Assembly (NCBI GenBank): GCA_934096555.1
Contig: CAKOMD010000002.1
Span: 67,128-131,127, forward strand
Length of the DNA stretch: 64,000 nt
Source of the DNA: an uncultured Bacilli bacterium
GTDB taxonomy: Bacteria; Bacillota_I; Bacilli_A; RF39; UBA660
Direction of reading: 5' to 3'
Shown here: positions 44,756-54,682 of the stretch, in pieces
Position numbering within the stretch: position 1 is the first letter of the stretch
How the letters are laid out: each line of letters begins with the position of its first letter
The notes under the pieces: generated by a model
What the model was told of the DNA's origin: nothing
What the model saw: the letters and a program-made list of their open reading frames with translations, nothing else
Databases searched by the model: none
Position numbers and translations under genes: made by a program

Positions 44756-46033
44756 TTATTCACCTACCTTAATTATTTTACTTTCAATATTACCATCTTT
44801 AAGTGCTATAGTAATTACTTCATCTTCTTTTACATCTTTAATACTAGATAATACTTTATCTTCTTTTTTAACAATAGCATATCCTCTATTTAATGTATTT
44901 AATGGATTTAATACTTCTAACTTAGATATAATATGATCTAGTCTTTGACTACTATATTTATATAGCATACTAGGATTATTTAATATATAACTATTTTTTA
45001 CTGTATATAATCTTATCTTAGTATTATCTAATGTTTTATTTATTACTTTATCTAAATTATCCATTAGATTATCTAGTTTTTGTTCTTTTACTTCATACAT
45101 AGATAAAGGTTTAGTTAATATATAACTATTCTTTATATTATCTAGTCTTTTATAATTTATACTAATAATATTATTTAAAGCATTATAACTTCTGTTAACT
45201 GCTGTATCTAAATATGTAATTATAGTATTAATATCAGGTACTGCAAGTTCTCCTGCAGCAGTAGGAGTTGGCGCTCTAAGATCTGCAACATAATCTGATA
45301 TAGTAATATCTATTTCATGTCCAACAGCTGATATTACTGGTATTTCACTATCATAAATAGCTCTAGCTACTACTTCTTCATTAAAAGGCCATAAGTCTTC
45401 AAGTGAGCCACCACCACGGCCAACAATTAATGTATCAAGTTTAAGTTCATCTTTTAAACTATTAGCTAGTCTTATTTTATTAGCAATGTCATTAGCGGCC
45501 ATATCACCTTGTACTAGTGCTGGAAATAAAACTGTCTCACATATTGGATATCTTCTTTTAATAGTAGTTAGTATATCCTTAATAGCGGCCCCAGTAGGAG
45601 ATGTTACTATACCTATTCTATTTGGTATTCTTCTAATCTTTTTCTTTTTATCTTTATCAAATAAGCCCTCGCTAGATAATTTCTTTTTTAATTGTTCAAA
45701 GGCGACATATAATGCTCCTATTCCATCTTCAAGCATTTCTTCTACATATATTTGATAAGAACCACTTGCTTCATATACATCTATTTTACCAGTAACTAAT
45801 ACTTTCATACCATCATAAGGCATAAACTTCATATTTTTGTTATTAAAAGAAAACATAACAGCATTTATTCTACTATTCTCATCTTTTAAAGTAAAATAAA
45901 AGTGTCCTCTTGAATGAGCCTTAAAGTTAGATATTTCACCTTTTAGATACACTTTCTTTAGTAATAAATCTTCGTTAATAACTTCTTTTATATATTTATT
46001 TACTTCAGTTACAGTAATATAATTATTATTCAT
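44756..46033 (-). CDS. xseA: Exodeoxyribonuclease VII large subunit
   Basis: N-terminal OB fold (TVTEVNKYIKEVI..GEISNFK..SGHFYFTLKD), central GRGGGSLEDLW.FN motif. Confidence 0.9.
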   Translation of the reverse strand: MNNNYITVTEVNKYIKEVINEDLLLKKVYLKGEISNFKAHSRGHFYFTLKDENSRINAVMFSFNNKNMKFMPYDGMKVLVTGKIDVYEASGSYQIYVEEMLEDGIGALYVAFEQLKKKLSSEGLFDKDKKKKIRRIPNRIGIVTSPTGAAIKDILTTIKRRYPICETVLFPALVQGDMAANDIANKIRLANSLKDELKLDTLIVGRGGGSLEDLWPFNEEVVARAIYDSEIPVISAVGHEIDITISDYVADLRAPTPTAAGELAVPDINTIITYLDTAVNRSYNALNNIISINYKRLDNIKNSYILTKPLSMYEVKEQKLDNLMDNLDKVINKTLDNTKIRLYTVKNSYILNNPSMLYKYSSQRLDHIISKLEVLNPLNTLNRGYAIVKKEDKVLSSIKDVKEDEVITIALKDGNIESKIIKVGE

Positions 46034-46035
46034 AA

Positions 46036-46482
46036 TTATTCCTCAGTATTATTATCTAATTTTTCATGATATATTTTATCTAGTACTCCATTAATCATTT
46101 TAGATACTTTTTCATCTGAATATTTTTTAGATAATTCTATTGCTTCATTTATACATACTAAGTCTGGAGTATCGGTATAAATAAGTTCATATACTGATAT
46201 TCTAAGTATTGCTTGATCTGTTAATCCTAGTCTATCTATAGACCAAGACTCTATATATTTTTCTATACTTTTATCAATATCATCTATATTATTTAATACT
46301 CCATTAATTAAAGTATTTAAATATTCTGTATCTATTTTCTTTCTATCTTCAATTATAGTATTTTCTAATACTTCTTCTATAACATTATTTATATCATAAT
46401 TTATTTTATTTTTTTTATATAAAAAGATTTGGTATAAAATAGTCATAGCTTTTTCTCTAGTAATTGTTCTGTTTGTCTTCAT
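46036..46482 (-). CDS. nusB: Transcription antitermination factor NusB
   Basis: RTITREKAMTILYQ.. and the nusB-xseA-xseB order. RBS aagaggtg before ATG 46482. Confidence 0.85.
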   Translation of the reverse strand: MKTNRTITREKAMTILYQIFLYKKNKINYDINNVIEEVLENTIIEDRKKIDTEYLNTLINGVLNNIDDIDKSIEKYIESWSIDRLGLTDQAILRISVYELIYTDTPDLVCINEAIELSKKYSDEKVSKMINGVLDKIYHEKLDNNTEE

Positions 46483-46560
46483 AAAAATACACCTCTTATT
46501 AATTCTACCACAAAATATTAATATTTTAAATATATTATCATAAGTTTTTATATCTTTTTT

Positions 46561-46641
46561 CACTTAGAATTGCTATCTCTAAGTGTCATTTATAGCCTGT
46601 AGTCTATAAATGATATATCAGCCATATCTATCATATATAAG
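46561..46641. repeat. Composite intergenic repeat (reverse orientation)
   Basis: Hairpins cacttaga[attgctatc]tctaagtg and tcatttatag[CCTGTAGT]ctataaatga, then box variant tatatcagccatatctatcatatataag. Confidence 0.85.
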
Positions 46642-46679
46642 AGAGGTTATTATACCTAAAAAATTTGTAATAAAAAGAT

Positions 46680-46708
46680 TTGACAAAGAGATAAAAATAC
46701 AGTATAAT
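46680..46708 (+). promoter_or_regulatory. Perfect consensus sigma-A promoter
   Basis: TTGACA (46680-46685), 17-nt spacer, TATAAT (46703-46708). Confidence 0.7.
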
Positions 46709-46713
46709 GTAAT

Positions 46714-46767
46714 TGTAATTAATTACAGAACTGGTCGTGACCCGTAGGGTTGCGGCTGGTTTTTTTA
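46714..46767 (+). ncRNA. Very short (~55 nt) sRNA candidate: 5' hairpin plus strand-specific terminator
   Basis: gtaatt/aattac hairpin. 13-bp stem ctggtcgtgaccc-gta-gggttgcggctgg containing 5 G-U pairs, which would be A-C mismatches on the other strand. Followed by T7. Confidence 0.5.
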
Positions 46768-46784
46768 TAAATTAATATTACATC

Positions 46785-47273
46785 CTAATTCTTTTTGACA
46801 ATAACCTTATCTACCCAATTAGTAGTTTTTGAAATATATATTTTTTCAATTTGAAATAACAAACTTTCTAGTTCCATTTTACTATTGGTAATATCAAATA
46901 TAAAATTGTTTGATTGTTTTCTTTTCTTTTTTATTGCATCTTCAATACTTCTTTTTCCTGAGCCTTTAATTGTTTTTAAATCCCAATATTCATTCTTAAA
47001 AAGATAATCGGCGGTCATAATACCATTTGGATAATTAATTCTTGGCATCATATATACATTACTACCAAATGTGTTACATAACCATAATGCAATTCTTCTT
47101 TCTTGTTTTGAATAGTCTAATATAACATTCTTTTTGTCTACATTATATTTAATATTGTTATAAACATAATATTTAGCATCAATTACATTGCAATTGTTAT
47201 GACCATACTGCTTATTTTTTAGCCAAGAATTAGTAATATCAGTATATTTGTCTGTTTTAATTGTATCAATCAA
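46785..47273 (-). CDS. PD-(D/E)xK-like nuclease-fold protein (toxin-domain-like), function unknown
   Basis: Motif string QERRIALWL ... TADYLF..EYWDLKT fits E / D / (D/E)xK spacing. Own promoter TTGACA-17-TAAAAT, RBS aaggag, TTG start. Confidence 0.45.
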   Translation of the reverse strand: MIDTIKTDKYTDITNSWLKNKQYGHNNCNVIDAKYYVYNNIKYNVDKKNVILDYSKQERRIALWLCNTFGSNVYMMPRINYPNGIMTADYLFKNEYWDLKTIKGSGKRSIEDAIKKKRKQSNNFIFDITNSKMELESLLFQIEKIYISKTTNWVDKVIVKKN

Positions 47274-47412
47274 TATTAAAATCTCCTTCCTTCTTTATGC
47301 TTGATTTTAATGTTTATTTTATCATTATGTAAGAATGTTGTCAATCAAAATATAGAAGAAAGTTTCAATAAAAATTTAAATTTAAAAAAGACAATATCAT
47401 AAATATTATCTT

Positions 47413-47472
47413 TTATTCATTTGTTACAGGAGCACCACTACATATTGGTTCTTGAAGTTGTTCAAGTTTCAT
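47413..47472 (-). CDS. 19-codon ORF coupled to the sortase gene
   Basis: MKLEQLQEPICSGAPVTNE. RBS aaaggag overlaps the sortase stop. An intrinsic terminator on the minus strand follows immediately. Confidence 0.3.
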   Translation of the reverse strand: MKLEQLQEPICSGAPVTNE

Positions 47473-47485
47473 TCAACAATCTCCT

Positions 47486-48481
47486 TTACTTAGGACTTCT
47501 CTTAATTAGTTTAGCATGAACTACTGTTCTTTCTGTATCAGAATAACAGGTACTAAGAGTAAGTATTTTATCATTAGCATCTAAATTAGTATTAAAATTA
47601 TGAATACTTCTTTGTTTTATAGTATTTAAAAATTTAGTATATTCTTTATTACTATTAAAATTAGTAGTAATATAATAACTCTCTTCAGGTATTTTGTATA
47701 CTGAGAATATCTGCCACAAAGTATTTTCGGTATCCGTAGATAATCTAATAATATGATTATCTTTATTATTATACCAAGATGATTTTAATACCTTTGAAAG
47801 AGAACCAAACATAGTTTTATCAAGTCTACTATGGGCATATAAAATAGTATTTTTATTATTTAAATCATTATTATTTCTATAATCTAAAAAAACCCAGCCA
47901 GCTTCATTATATTTTTTATCAAAAGAATGATTCAAATAATAAGAATTATCTTTAGTCTGAACAAACGGATAGTTTATATTAGTATTATTTACATTAATCC
48001 ATCCCACAGTATCTGAATTTTTTTCTTTTAATTCTGTTATATCTACATTTATTAAAGGAAACTTTATATAATACCAATAATCACTAGTTTCTTCTTCATT
48101 AGTATCATTAACTAATTCAGTATTATCATCATCATCTCTCAAAGTAACATTAACCGCATTAGTAATATCATTTATTACTTTAGAAGTATCTTTATTATCT
48201 TTACCCCAAATAAATATTTTAATTAGGCAAAATACTATTATAGATATAAATATAGAAAATAATATTACAAAAATCCAAGTAGTATTTTTTTTCTTTTTTC
48301 TTTGATTTTTTTTATTATTTTTATCATTATTTATTGTATCTAAAATATTATCAGCATTAGTATATATATAATTTAAATTGTTATCAATAATTAAATCATT
48401 TGAACTGTTTTGATAGAAATCATTTGCATGTCTTGGAGTATATTCATCATCTTTATTATAATCATTATATTCGTTATTCAA
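47486..48481 (-). CDS. srtB: Class B sortase with extended N-terminal region
   Basis: GWINVNNTNINYPFVQTKDNSYYLNHSF, NTILYAHS, catalytic LTLSTC. Confidence 0.8.
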   Translation of the reverse strand: MNNEYNDYNKDDEYTPRHANDFYQNSSNDLIIDNNLNYIYTNADNILDTINNDKNNKKNQRKKKKNTTWIFVILFSIFISIIVFCLIKIFIWGKDNKDTSKVINDITNAVNVTLRDDDDNTELVNDTNEEETSDYWYYIKFPLINVDITELKEKNSDTVGWINVNNTNINYPFVQTKDNSYYLNHSFDKKYNEAGWVFLDYRNNNDLNNKNTILYAHSRLDKTMFGSLSKVLKSSWYNNKDNHIIRLSTDTENTLWQIFSVYKIPEESYYITTNFNSNKEYTKFLNTIKQRSIHNFNTNLDANDKILTLSTCYSDTERTVVHAKLIKRSPK

Positions 48482-48566
48482 TTACTATCACCATATTAAT
48501 TATACTAATAATTTAAAATATTTACAAGGTAATAAAAAGAAAAAGAGGAAAATTCCTCTTTTAATA

Positions 48567-50108
48567 TTATCTAGTTACTTTAGCAGATATTTTCTTTGAA
48601 GTAATAACTACACCAATAGTACTTATTACTATTGCACTAATAATTAATGCTAAGTTAATATCAGCAGTACCTGGATTCTTTTCTGGTTTAGTTTCTGTAG
48701 GAGTTTCAGTAACATTGTTATATCCAACAACACCATAAGTACTTAAGTGAGATGTAGTAAATACTACTTTACCATCTACTAATTTAGCTTCAAGAGTTTC
48801 AACTAATTTTCCTTCTTCATCAAAGTATACTACTTTATAAGCATCATATTTTTGCTCACTTTCAGGAATTGCAATGGCAATTGTAAATTTACCATCTTCT
48901 AATTTTTCAATTCTGCCATCACCGTTTAAAACATCAATTTCATATAAATTAATTAATTTAACTTCTTTAACTTTTTTATTATCTTTATATGCATCAGTTA
49001 CTTTTTCAGTACCTTTTTTAATTTCATCATCAGTTTTTTCAGTTACTTTTAAACTTAAATCTTTTCTAATAGCTTCTTCACTTTCAAAAATAACTTTTTC
49101 ATCATTAGTTTCTAATACTTTATTTTCTACTACTGCATATGTGTTACCATTTTTGTTAACTACATATTTATCTCCAACAAATTTTGCAACATCTGTATTA
49201 AATGTTCCACCAGTTACTGTAACATTAACTTTAGCCCATGCTGTAGTAGGATTTCCTTGAGTATTATTTACATATAATGCTTCAGCACCAGTAATAGTAC
49301 CACCTGTAATATTAACTTCAATAGGTAATTGTGTAGTATGCTGTACAACAGCAATACCAGCTCCTGCTGTTGTAGCACCTTTACCATTTGCTTTAGAAAC
49401 TAATTCTTTAGCAGTACCAGTAATTGTTCCACCTTTAACATTTAATTTACCAGATCTAACTTCAATACCAGTAGCACCAGTAAGTTTTACACCATCTTCA
49501 ATATTATAAGTACCATTGCCTGCACAATATACAGCAATACCATCATTTCCAGTAGCAGTTATAACAGAACCTTTTTTAATATTTACTACTGGACCATTTT
49601 CGTTTTTAATTATTCCATTTGTTGTAATACCATAGTCTTCTGCTATAATTGTTCCTGCAAAATTAACTTCAGTATTATAAGCATTTTTTTCAGATTCATA
49701 TATTGCAATACCTGTAGAACCCTTAATAGTAACATCCTTTTCTACATTTAAAATAGACTTCTCTTTTGATGTACTTTCTTCAATTCCCCAAACATTAATA
49801 TATAAGTCATTCAAATTAACGGTTCCTTTTCCTGTAATTGTTAATTCGCCGCTTACAACAAACAATGTTTTACCATTAGTAAAATTTAAATTATGCCCAT
49901 TTAAATTAATTGTTAACTTTCTACCATCAGTAAGTGGCAAATGATTAGTAGAATCAATATCTGCAGTTAATTTAATTGTATCACCAGTAGCAGTTTCAGA
50001 AAACGCTTTAGTTAATTCTTCTTCTGTACCAGCAGTTTTTTCGGCAGCCATTACACTAGGAACAAATAATGCAAGTACTGCAACTAGAAATAATAATTTC
50101 TTTTTCAT
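48567..50108 (-). CDS. Cell-wall-sorted surface protein (beta-helix-like repeats)
   Basis: Signal peptide MKKKLLFLVAVLALFVPSVMAAE from ATG 50108. Repeated G-T/I-T-G motifs. C-terminal NPGTAD, then a hydrophobic segment and a KKISAKVTR tail. Confidence 0.75.
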   Translation of the reverse strand: MKKKLLFLVAVLALFVPSVMAAEKTAGTEEELTKAFSETATGDTIKLTADIDSTNHLPLTDGRKLTINLNGHNLNFTNGKTLFVVSGELTITGKGTVNLNDLYINVWGIEESTSKEKSILNVEKDVTIKGSTGIAIYESEKNAYNTEVNFAGTIIAEDYGITTNGIIKNENGPVVNIKKGSVITATGNDGIAVYCAGNGTYNIEDGVKLTGATGIEVRSGKLNVKGGTITGTAKELVSKANGKGATTAGAGIAVVQHTTQLPIEVNITGGTITGAEALYVNNTQGNPTTAWAKVNVTVTGGTFNTDVAKFVGDKYVVNKNGNTYAVVENKVLETNDEKVIFESEEAIRKDLSLKVTEKTDDEIKKGTEKVTDAYKDNKKVKEVKLINLYEIDVLNGDGRIEKLEDGKFTIAIAIPESEQKYDAYKVVYFDEEGKLVETLEAKLVDGKVVFTTSHLSTYGVVGYNNVTETPTETKPEKNPGTADINLALIISAIVISTIGVVITSKKISAKVTR

Positions 50109-50248
50109 TTTTTTCTTTCTCCTTTTCTTATTTTTTGAGTAGCTTACTTCTCCTACCCTACAATCCAATTATAACATTAATTTTATCTTTTACAAGACTT
50201 TTTTCTACAAAAAAAATATTTTACAGATAAAATGTCAAATAAAAAACA

Positions 50249-51436
50249 CTAACTCGTAGTGTCTTCTTCATTAATAATAACTTCCCTATATTCAGTAATA
50301 TCTTCATAAGCCTTGACAAATAAGGTTAAATTAAGTTGTTCATCATTACTTATCTCATTGACAATGGTAACATCTTTTACTTCTTTGATATTACTATATT
50401 TAAGTAGTAACTTCTCTGTAGCGGTCTCTACTGCTTTATTCTTAGCTTCTTCTTTAGTATATATATCATCAATTACTTCAGTTTCATATTGATATTCATA
50501 ATTTAATGATATTGGAGTTACATTATTATCAAATATACTTTTTATATTTTTATCAAAAGTTTTATACTTCTTAAAGTCAAATAGTGATATTCTTTTATTG
50601 ATAAAGTTAAATACTAATACTTTTTTCTTATTACCAGTATATTTTACTTCATGATGATAATATGGATAATTTATATCTATTGTATACCAAACTTCTCCAA
50701 TTACCTTTCCTCTTGCGGTACTTAGTATCTTCTCTTCACTTGGAGTGCTAATATATGCTGAAATTATAGTTTCACCTTTTTTAACATAAGTATTAATATC
50801 TCGTACTTTTTCACCAGACTCTGCTTCAATAACTCTAATAACAGCATTTTTGGAGGAGACTATATCATAGTTTTTGTTATTATCTATTTCTTTATTAATA
50901 ATTCTCTCTTCTACTCTAACAGTATATTTAGTACCATTTCTTATTATTTCAAGCCATTCTAAATTATCTTTATTATTATTAAGTATTTCTTTTTCTATTT
51001 TTTCTACTTCACTATAACTCTTAGCAAAAGCATATTTCTTAATACCATGATCTTTTAACTCTTCAGTCACTAATTTAATTATTTTACTATTTGAATGTAT
51101 TACTTCAACACTAAATATCATATTTGATAATATAAATACTATTATCATACTAAGTAATAAGAATAATAAAATAAATCTATTCTTTTTTAAGAATTTAATT
51201 ATATGTAGTTTCCCATAATATCTAACTATTTTAATATCATAAATAGTTTTATATTTTTCTATTTCTTCTAAATCATTATAATCAATTATTAAATCTACTT
51301 CTTTATGACTTCTTGGAGTTAACTTAACTATCTTGATATTATTTTTTATTATTCTTTTAATAAAATTATTAATATTTCTACCACTAACTCTAATTTTAAT
51401 ATTACTAGAAAATATTCTAAATATTTTTTCTTTCAT
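50249..51436 (-). CDS. yqfD: Sporulation protein YqfD
   Basis: IRVSGRNINNFIKRI.., one central TM, ~395 aa. Follows the yqfC-like gene. Confidence 0.75.
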   Translation of the reverse strand: MKEKIFRIFSSNIKIRVSGRNINNFIKRIIKNNIKIVKLTPRSHKEVDLIIDYNDLEEIEKYKTIYDIKIVRYYGKLHIIKFLKKNRFILLFLLLSMIIVFILSNMIFSVEVIHSNSKIIKLVTEELKDHGIKKYAFAKSYSEVEKIEKEILNNNKDNLEWLEIIRNGTKYTVRVEERIINKEIDNNKNYDIVSSKNAVIRVIEAESGEKVRDINTYVKKGETIISAYISTPSEEKILSTARGKVIGEVWYTIDINYPYYHHEVKYTGNKKKVLVFNFINKRISLFDFKKYKTFDKNIKSIFDNNVTPISLNYEYQYETEVIDDIYTKEEAKNKAVETATEKLLLKYSNIKEVKDVTIVNEISNDEQLNLTLFVKAYEDITEYREVIINEEDTTS

Positions 51437-51450
51437 AATATCAACTCTTT

Positions 51451-51702
51451 CTATTTATTAAAAGAAATACCTTCAATATTACCAGTTATTAATACTTCTT
51501 CTTCAAGCATTTTAGATATAACTAAATTAGTACCTGTTATTATATATTTACTATCTAAGTAACTAATACTAATTTTAGTATCAGAGAAGTCCATAATTTT
51601 AGTATAATTAATAATATCTAGTTTGCTATTCTTATATAATATACTAAACTTTTTATCATTAATATAATTATCTATTGATCTAACTAATTTTAATTTTTTC
51701 AT
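51451..51702 (-). CDS. yqfC: Sporulation protein YqfC (YabP family)
   Basis: 83 aa with ..ITGTNLVISKMLEEEVLITGNIEGISF at the C-terminus. Confidence 0.7.
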   Translation of the reverse strand: MKKLKLVRSIDNYINDKKFSILYKNSKLDIINYTKIMDFSDTKISISYLDSKYIITGTNLVISKMLEEEVLITGNIEGISFNK

Positions 51703-51822
51703 ATTAATATATATGATTTATAATTAAAATTTATGAAAATATTAACTTATATAGGTATTCGTAGTGCATTTTTATTTACTTTTGTCATAAGTTATATTGA
51801 ATACAAAAAAGGGGTGGATTAT

Positions 51823-52242
51823 ATGTGTAATAATGAAAATAATACTTGCGAGAATTGCATCGCGGATATCCTTAAAGTTATCCTTATACTTCAGCAAAGT
51901 GTATGTCAAAATGACTGCTGCCTAGAGACTTGTGATAGAGGCTTCTTAGGACAAAATAGTAGTTTCTGCTACAACACTAGACCTATACAGTTATATACTT
52001 GTTCAGGAGGAAATACTCCATTAGCAATGCCAATTAGTAAAGATCCAGCAGTTACTACTACAAGTACTGTCTTTAGACTAGAAAAATTAGATGGCTGCTG
52101 TGCTACCTGCAGAGTACTTGCACCTAATACTGATGAGGCTAGTGTATTTCCATACGAAGCTACAAACTCATTCTTTACTATTAATTTAGGCTGCTGCTGC
52201 ATACTAAGATGTCTAGATGATACAGTTGTTGAAAGCATATAA
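51823..52242 (+). CDS. CotZ/CotY-family Cys-rich spore coat/exosporium protein
   Basis: The start is at ATG 51823 after RBS aaggggtgg. VFRLEKLDGCCATCRVL and LGCCCILRCL resemble the CotZ motifs FRVERVHGSCATLSLL and DLDCFCAINCL. Confidence 0.65.
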   Translation: MCNNENNTCENCIADILKVILILQQSVCQNDCCLETCDRGFLGQNSSFCYNTRPIQLYTCSGGNTPLAMPISKDPAVTTTSTVFRLEKLDGCCATCRVLAPNTDEASVFPYEATNSFFTINLGCCCILRCLDDTVVESI

Positions 52243-52270
52243 AAAACAGGCTCTATAACCTGTTTTTTTA
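52241..52270. terminator. Bidirectional intrinsic terminator
   Basis: aacagg / cctgtt stem flanked by A6 and T7, between convergent cotZ-like and pheT. Confidence 0.6.
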
Positions 52271-52315
52271 ATTGCTCATTCGTTCATAAAAAAAACAGAA
52301 CACAAAAGTTCTATT

Positions 52316-54682
52316 TTAATTATTTCTTAATTTAGCATTATGTTTCTTTTCTACATCTATTGCTATTCTATCAAATATTTCAGTTATTTCATCTAGAGTA
52401 AGAGTCTTATTTGGATCTTCAAAATATAATGAGAAGGCTAATGATTTATTATTTTCTCCTAATGAAGAATCTACATATAAGTCAAATACTTCTATCTTAG
52501 TAAGAAGTTTACCTCCAGCTTTCTTGATAGTTTTAATTACTTCTTCTGAAGTTATATTTTTATCAATAACAAAGGCTATATCTTTACTAATACCAGGGAA
52601 TTTACTTATTTCTTTATATTTCATCTTAGATACTTTAATATCTTTTAATAAGGATAAATTAAGTTCTATAACAAAGATATTATCTTTAGTAACATTAGGA
52701 TGTATCTTACCAATAATACCTACTTTTTTATTATCTATATAGATACTCGCAGCTACTCCTGGATGTAATTCTTTAGGTAAATCTTCCTTTTTATAATAAT
52801 ATCTATTATTATATCCTAAATAGTTAAGTACTTTTTCTAGTATACCTTTTGTTATATAGTAGTTTATTTCTCTATTACTACCTAATTTATTATAATAAGT
52901 ACCACTCATTAAAATAGTTAGTTTTTCATCTTCATAATGAATATTATCTTTTACATAATAACTCTTTCCTATTTCAAATAGATTGATATTATTATTACCA
53001 CGATTAGTATTATAGTCATATACTGAAAGTAAACTTGGTATTAAACTATATCTTAAAGTACTTCTCTCTTCCGTCATAGGATCTTGTAGTCTTATGCTAT
53101 CAAAAGTATCGTTAGTATATTTATGTACTTCACTTTCTTTTATTAGTGAGTAAGTAAGTGTTTCAGATAAACCTAAAGTGCTAAGTAAATGACGAATACT
53201 TCTATTAGTTTTATCTACCTTACCCATTCTAACTGGAAGAATCATCTTTCTACCTTCAATATTATCTATACCATATATTCTTCCTACTTCTTCAACTAGA
53301 TCCTCTTCAATAGCAATATCTATTCTTCTACTTGGAACTGTAACTAATACTGTATCTTCTTTATCTAAAGTAGTAAAATCTAGTTTTCTAAAGATATCTA
53401 GAATAGTATTTTTATCTAGTTCTATTCCTAGTATTTTATTTATTTTACTATATGCTATTTCTATTTCTTTATCTTTGATATCAATATTTTTATGTTCTAG
53501 CATACCTCCTACTACAGTGGCAGATGCATACTTTCCAAGTAAGTTAAGACTTCTTTCTATAGCCATATATGTTCTCTTTGGATCTAGGCCTTTTTCAAAT
53601 CTATTTGAAGCTTCGCTTCTTAATACTTTCTTACTTGTCTTTCTAATTAATACTGGATCAAAGATGGCACTTTCAATAACGATATTTTTAGTATCATTTT
53701 CTACTTCAGTAGATAGTCCTCCCATAATACCTGCTAGACCAATAGCACCAGTATTATTATATATTACTATATCTGAATTAGATAGAGTTCTCTTTTGATT
53801 ATCTAAAGTAGTTAATTCTTCATTATCATTAGCCATTCTTACTCCAAGTGTGCTTCCTAATCTATCAGCGTCATAGTAGTGAAGTGGCTGACCAGTTTCT
53901 AACATTACATAATTAGAAATATCTACAACATTATTAATAGGTCTAATACCTGAGGCTATTAGTCTATTCTTAATAAAATTAGGACTTTCTTTTATCGTAA
54001 CATTTACTACTTTTCTAGCAAGGAACAAAGGACATGCTTCAGTATCTACTTTTAATTCCAATTCATCTTTTATATTTCCAATACCTTCTTTATGTGATAA
54101 ATCTATATCTCTTACTTTTTCGTCATAGATTGCTCCAAGTTCATAAGCCATACCTAGTATACTAAGTAAGTCTCCCCTATTTGAAGTTAATTCAAAATCT
54201 ATTACTTCGTCATCTAATTCTAAATATTTGATAGGATCTTCTCCTACTGGAGCATCTTCTGGTAATTCATGAATACCATTTATATCATCTTCTTTTAGGA
54301 ATTTATGATCTAAACCTAGTTCAGCAATAGAACATAACATACCATTTGATTCTACTCCTCTTATAACGCCTTTTTTAATAGTACCACCAGGAAGTTCTGC
54401 TCCAGGTAAGGCTACTATTGCTTTTAATCCTTTTCTTACATTAGGAGCACCACATACTATTTGAAGTACTTCTGTGCCTATATTTACCTTACATACATGT
54501 AAATGATCTGAATCAGGATGCATATCACACTCTAATACTTCACCAATTACTAAATTAGAGGCATTTATTAATTTACCAGCGCTATCGTATTCGTTGCCGA
54601 CACCAGTCATTTTTTCTGCTACTGTATTAATATCATCATTTATATCAATATAATCGCTTACAAATTTTCTTGATAACTTCAT
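52316..54682 (-). CDS. pheT: Phenylalanyl-tRNA synthetase beta subunit
   Basis: 788 aa with a tRNA-binding N-terminal domain plus B3/4, B5 and FDX-ACB regions. Follows pheS. Confidence 0.92.
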   Translation of the reverse strand: MKLSRKFVSDYIDINDDINTVAEKMTGVGNEYDSAGKLINASNLVIGEVLECDMHPDSDHLHVCKVNIGTEVLQIVCGAPNVRKGLKAIVALPGAELPGGTIKKGVIRGVESNGMLCSIAELGLDHKFLKEDDINGIHELPEDAPVGEDPIKYLELDDEVIDFELTSNRGDLLSILGMAYELGAIYDEKVRDIDLSHKEGIGNIKDELELKVDTEACPLFLARKVVNVTIKESPNFIKNRLIASGIRPINNVVDISNYVMLETGQPLHYYDADRLGSTLGVRMANDNEELTTLDNQKRTLSNSDIVIYNNTGAIGLAGIMGGLSTEVENDTKNIVIESAIFDPVLIRKTSKKVLRSEASNRFEKGLDPKRTYMAIERSLNLLGKYASATVVGGMLEHKNIDIKDKEIEIAYSKINKILGIELDKNTILDIFRKLDFTTLDKEDTVLVTVPSRRIDIAIEEDLVEEVGRIYGIDNIEGRKMILPVRMGKVDKTNRSIRHLLSTLGLSETLTYSLIKESEVHKYTNDTFDSIRLQDPMTEERSTLRYSLIPSLLSVYDYNTNRGNNNINLFEIGKSYYVKDNIHYEDEKLTILMSGTYYNKLGSNREINYYITKGILEKVLNYLGYNNRYYYKKEDLPKELHPGVAASIYIDNKKVGIIGKIHPNVTKDNIFVIELNLSLLKDIKVSKMKYKEISKFPGISKDIAFVIDKNITSEEVIKTIKKAGGKLLTKIEVFDLYVDSSLGENNKSLAFSLYFEDPNKTLTLDEITEIFDRIAIDVEKKHNAKLRNN

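Noticed and set aside
44350-44772. A 140-aa plus-strand ORF overlapping xseB, and the 44331-44516 minus-strand ORF.
   Set aside because: The plus-strand ORF is antisense to the clearly recognisable xseB and gives a low-complexity hydrophobic translation. The short minus-strand ORF has no RBS and lies in the repeat and terminator region.
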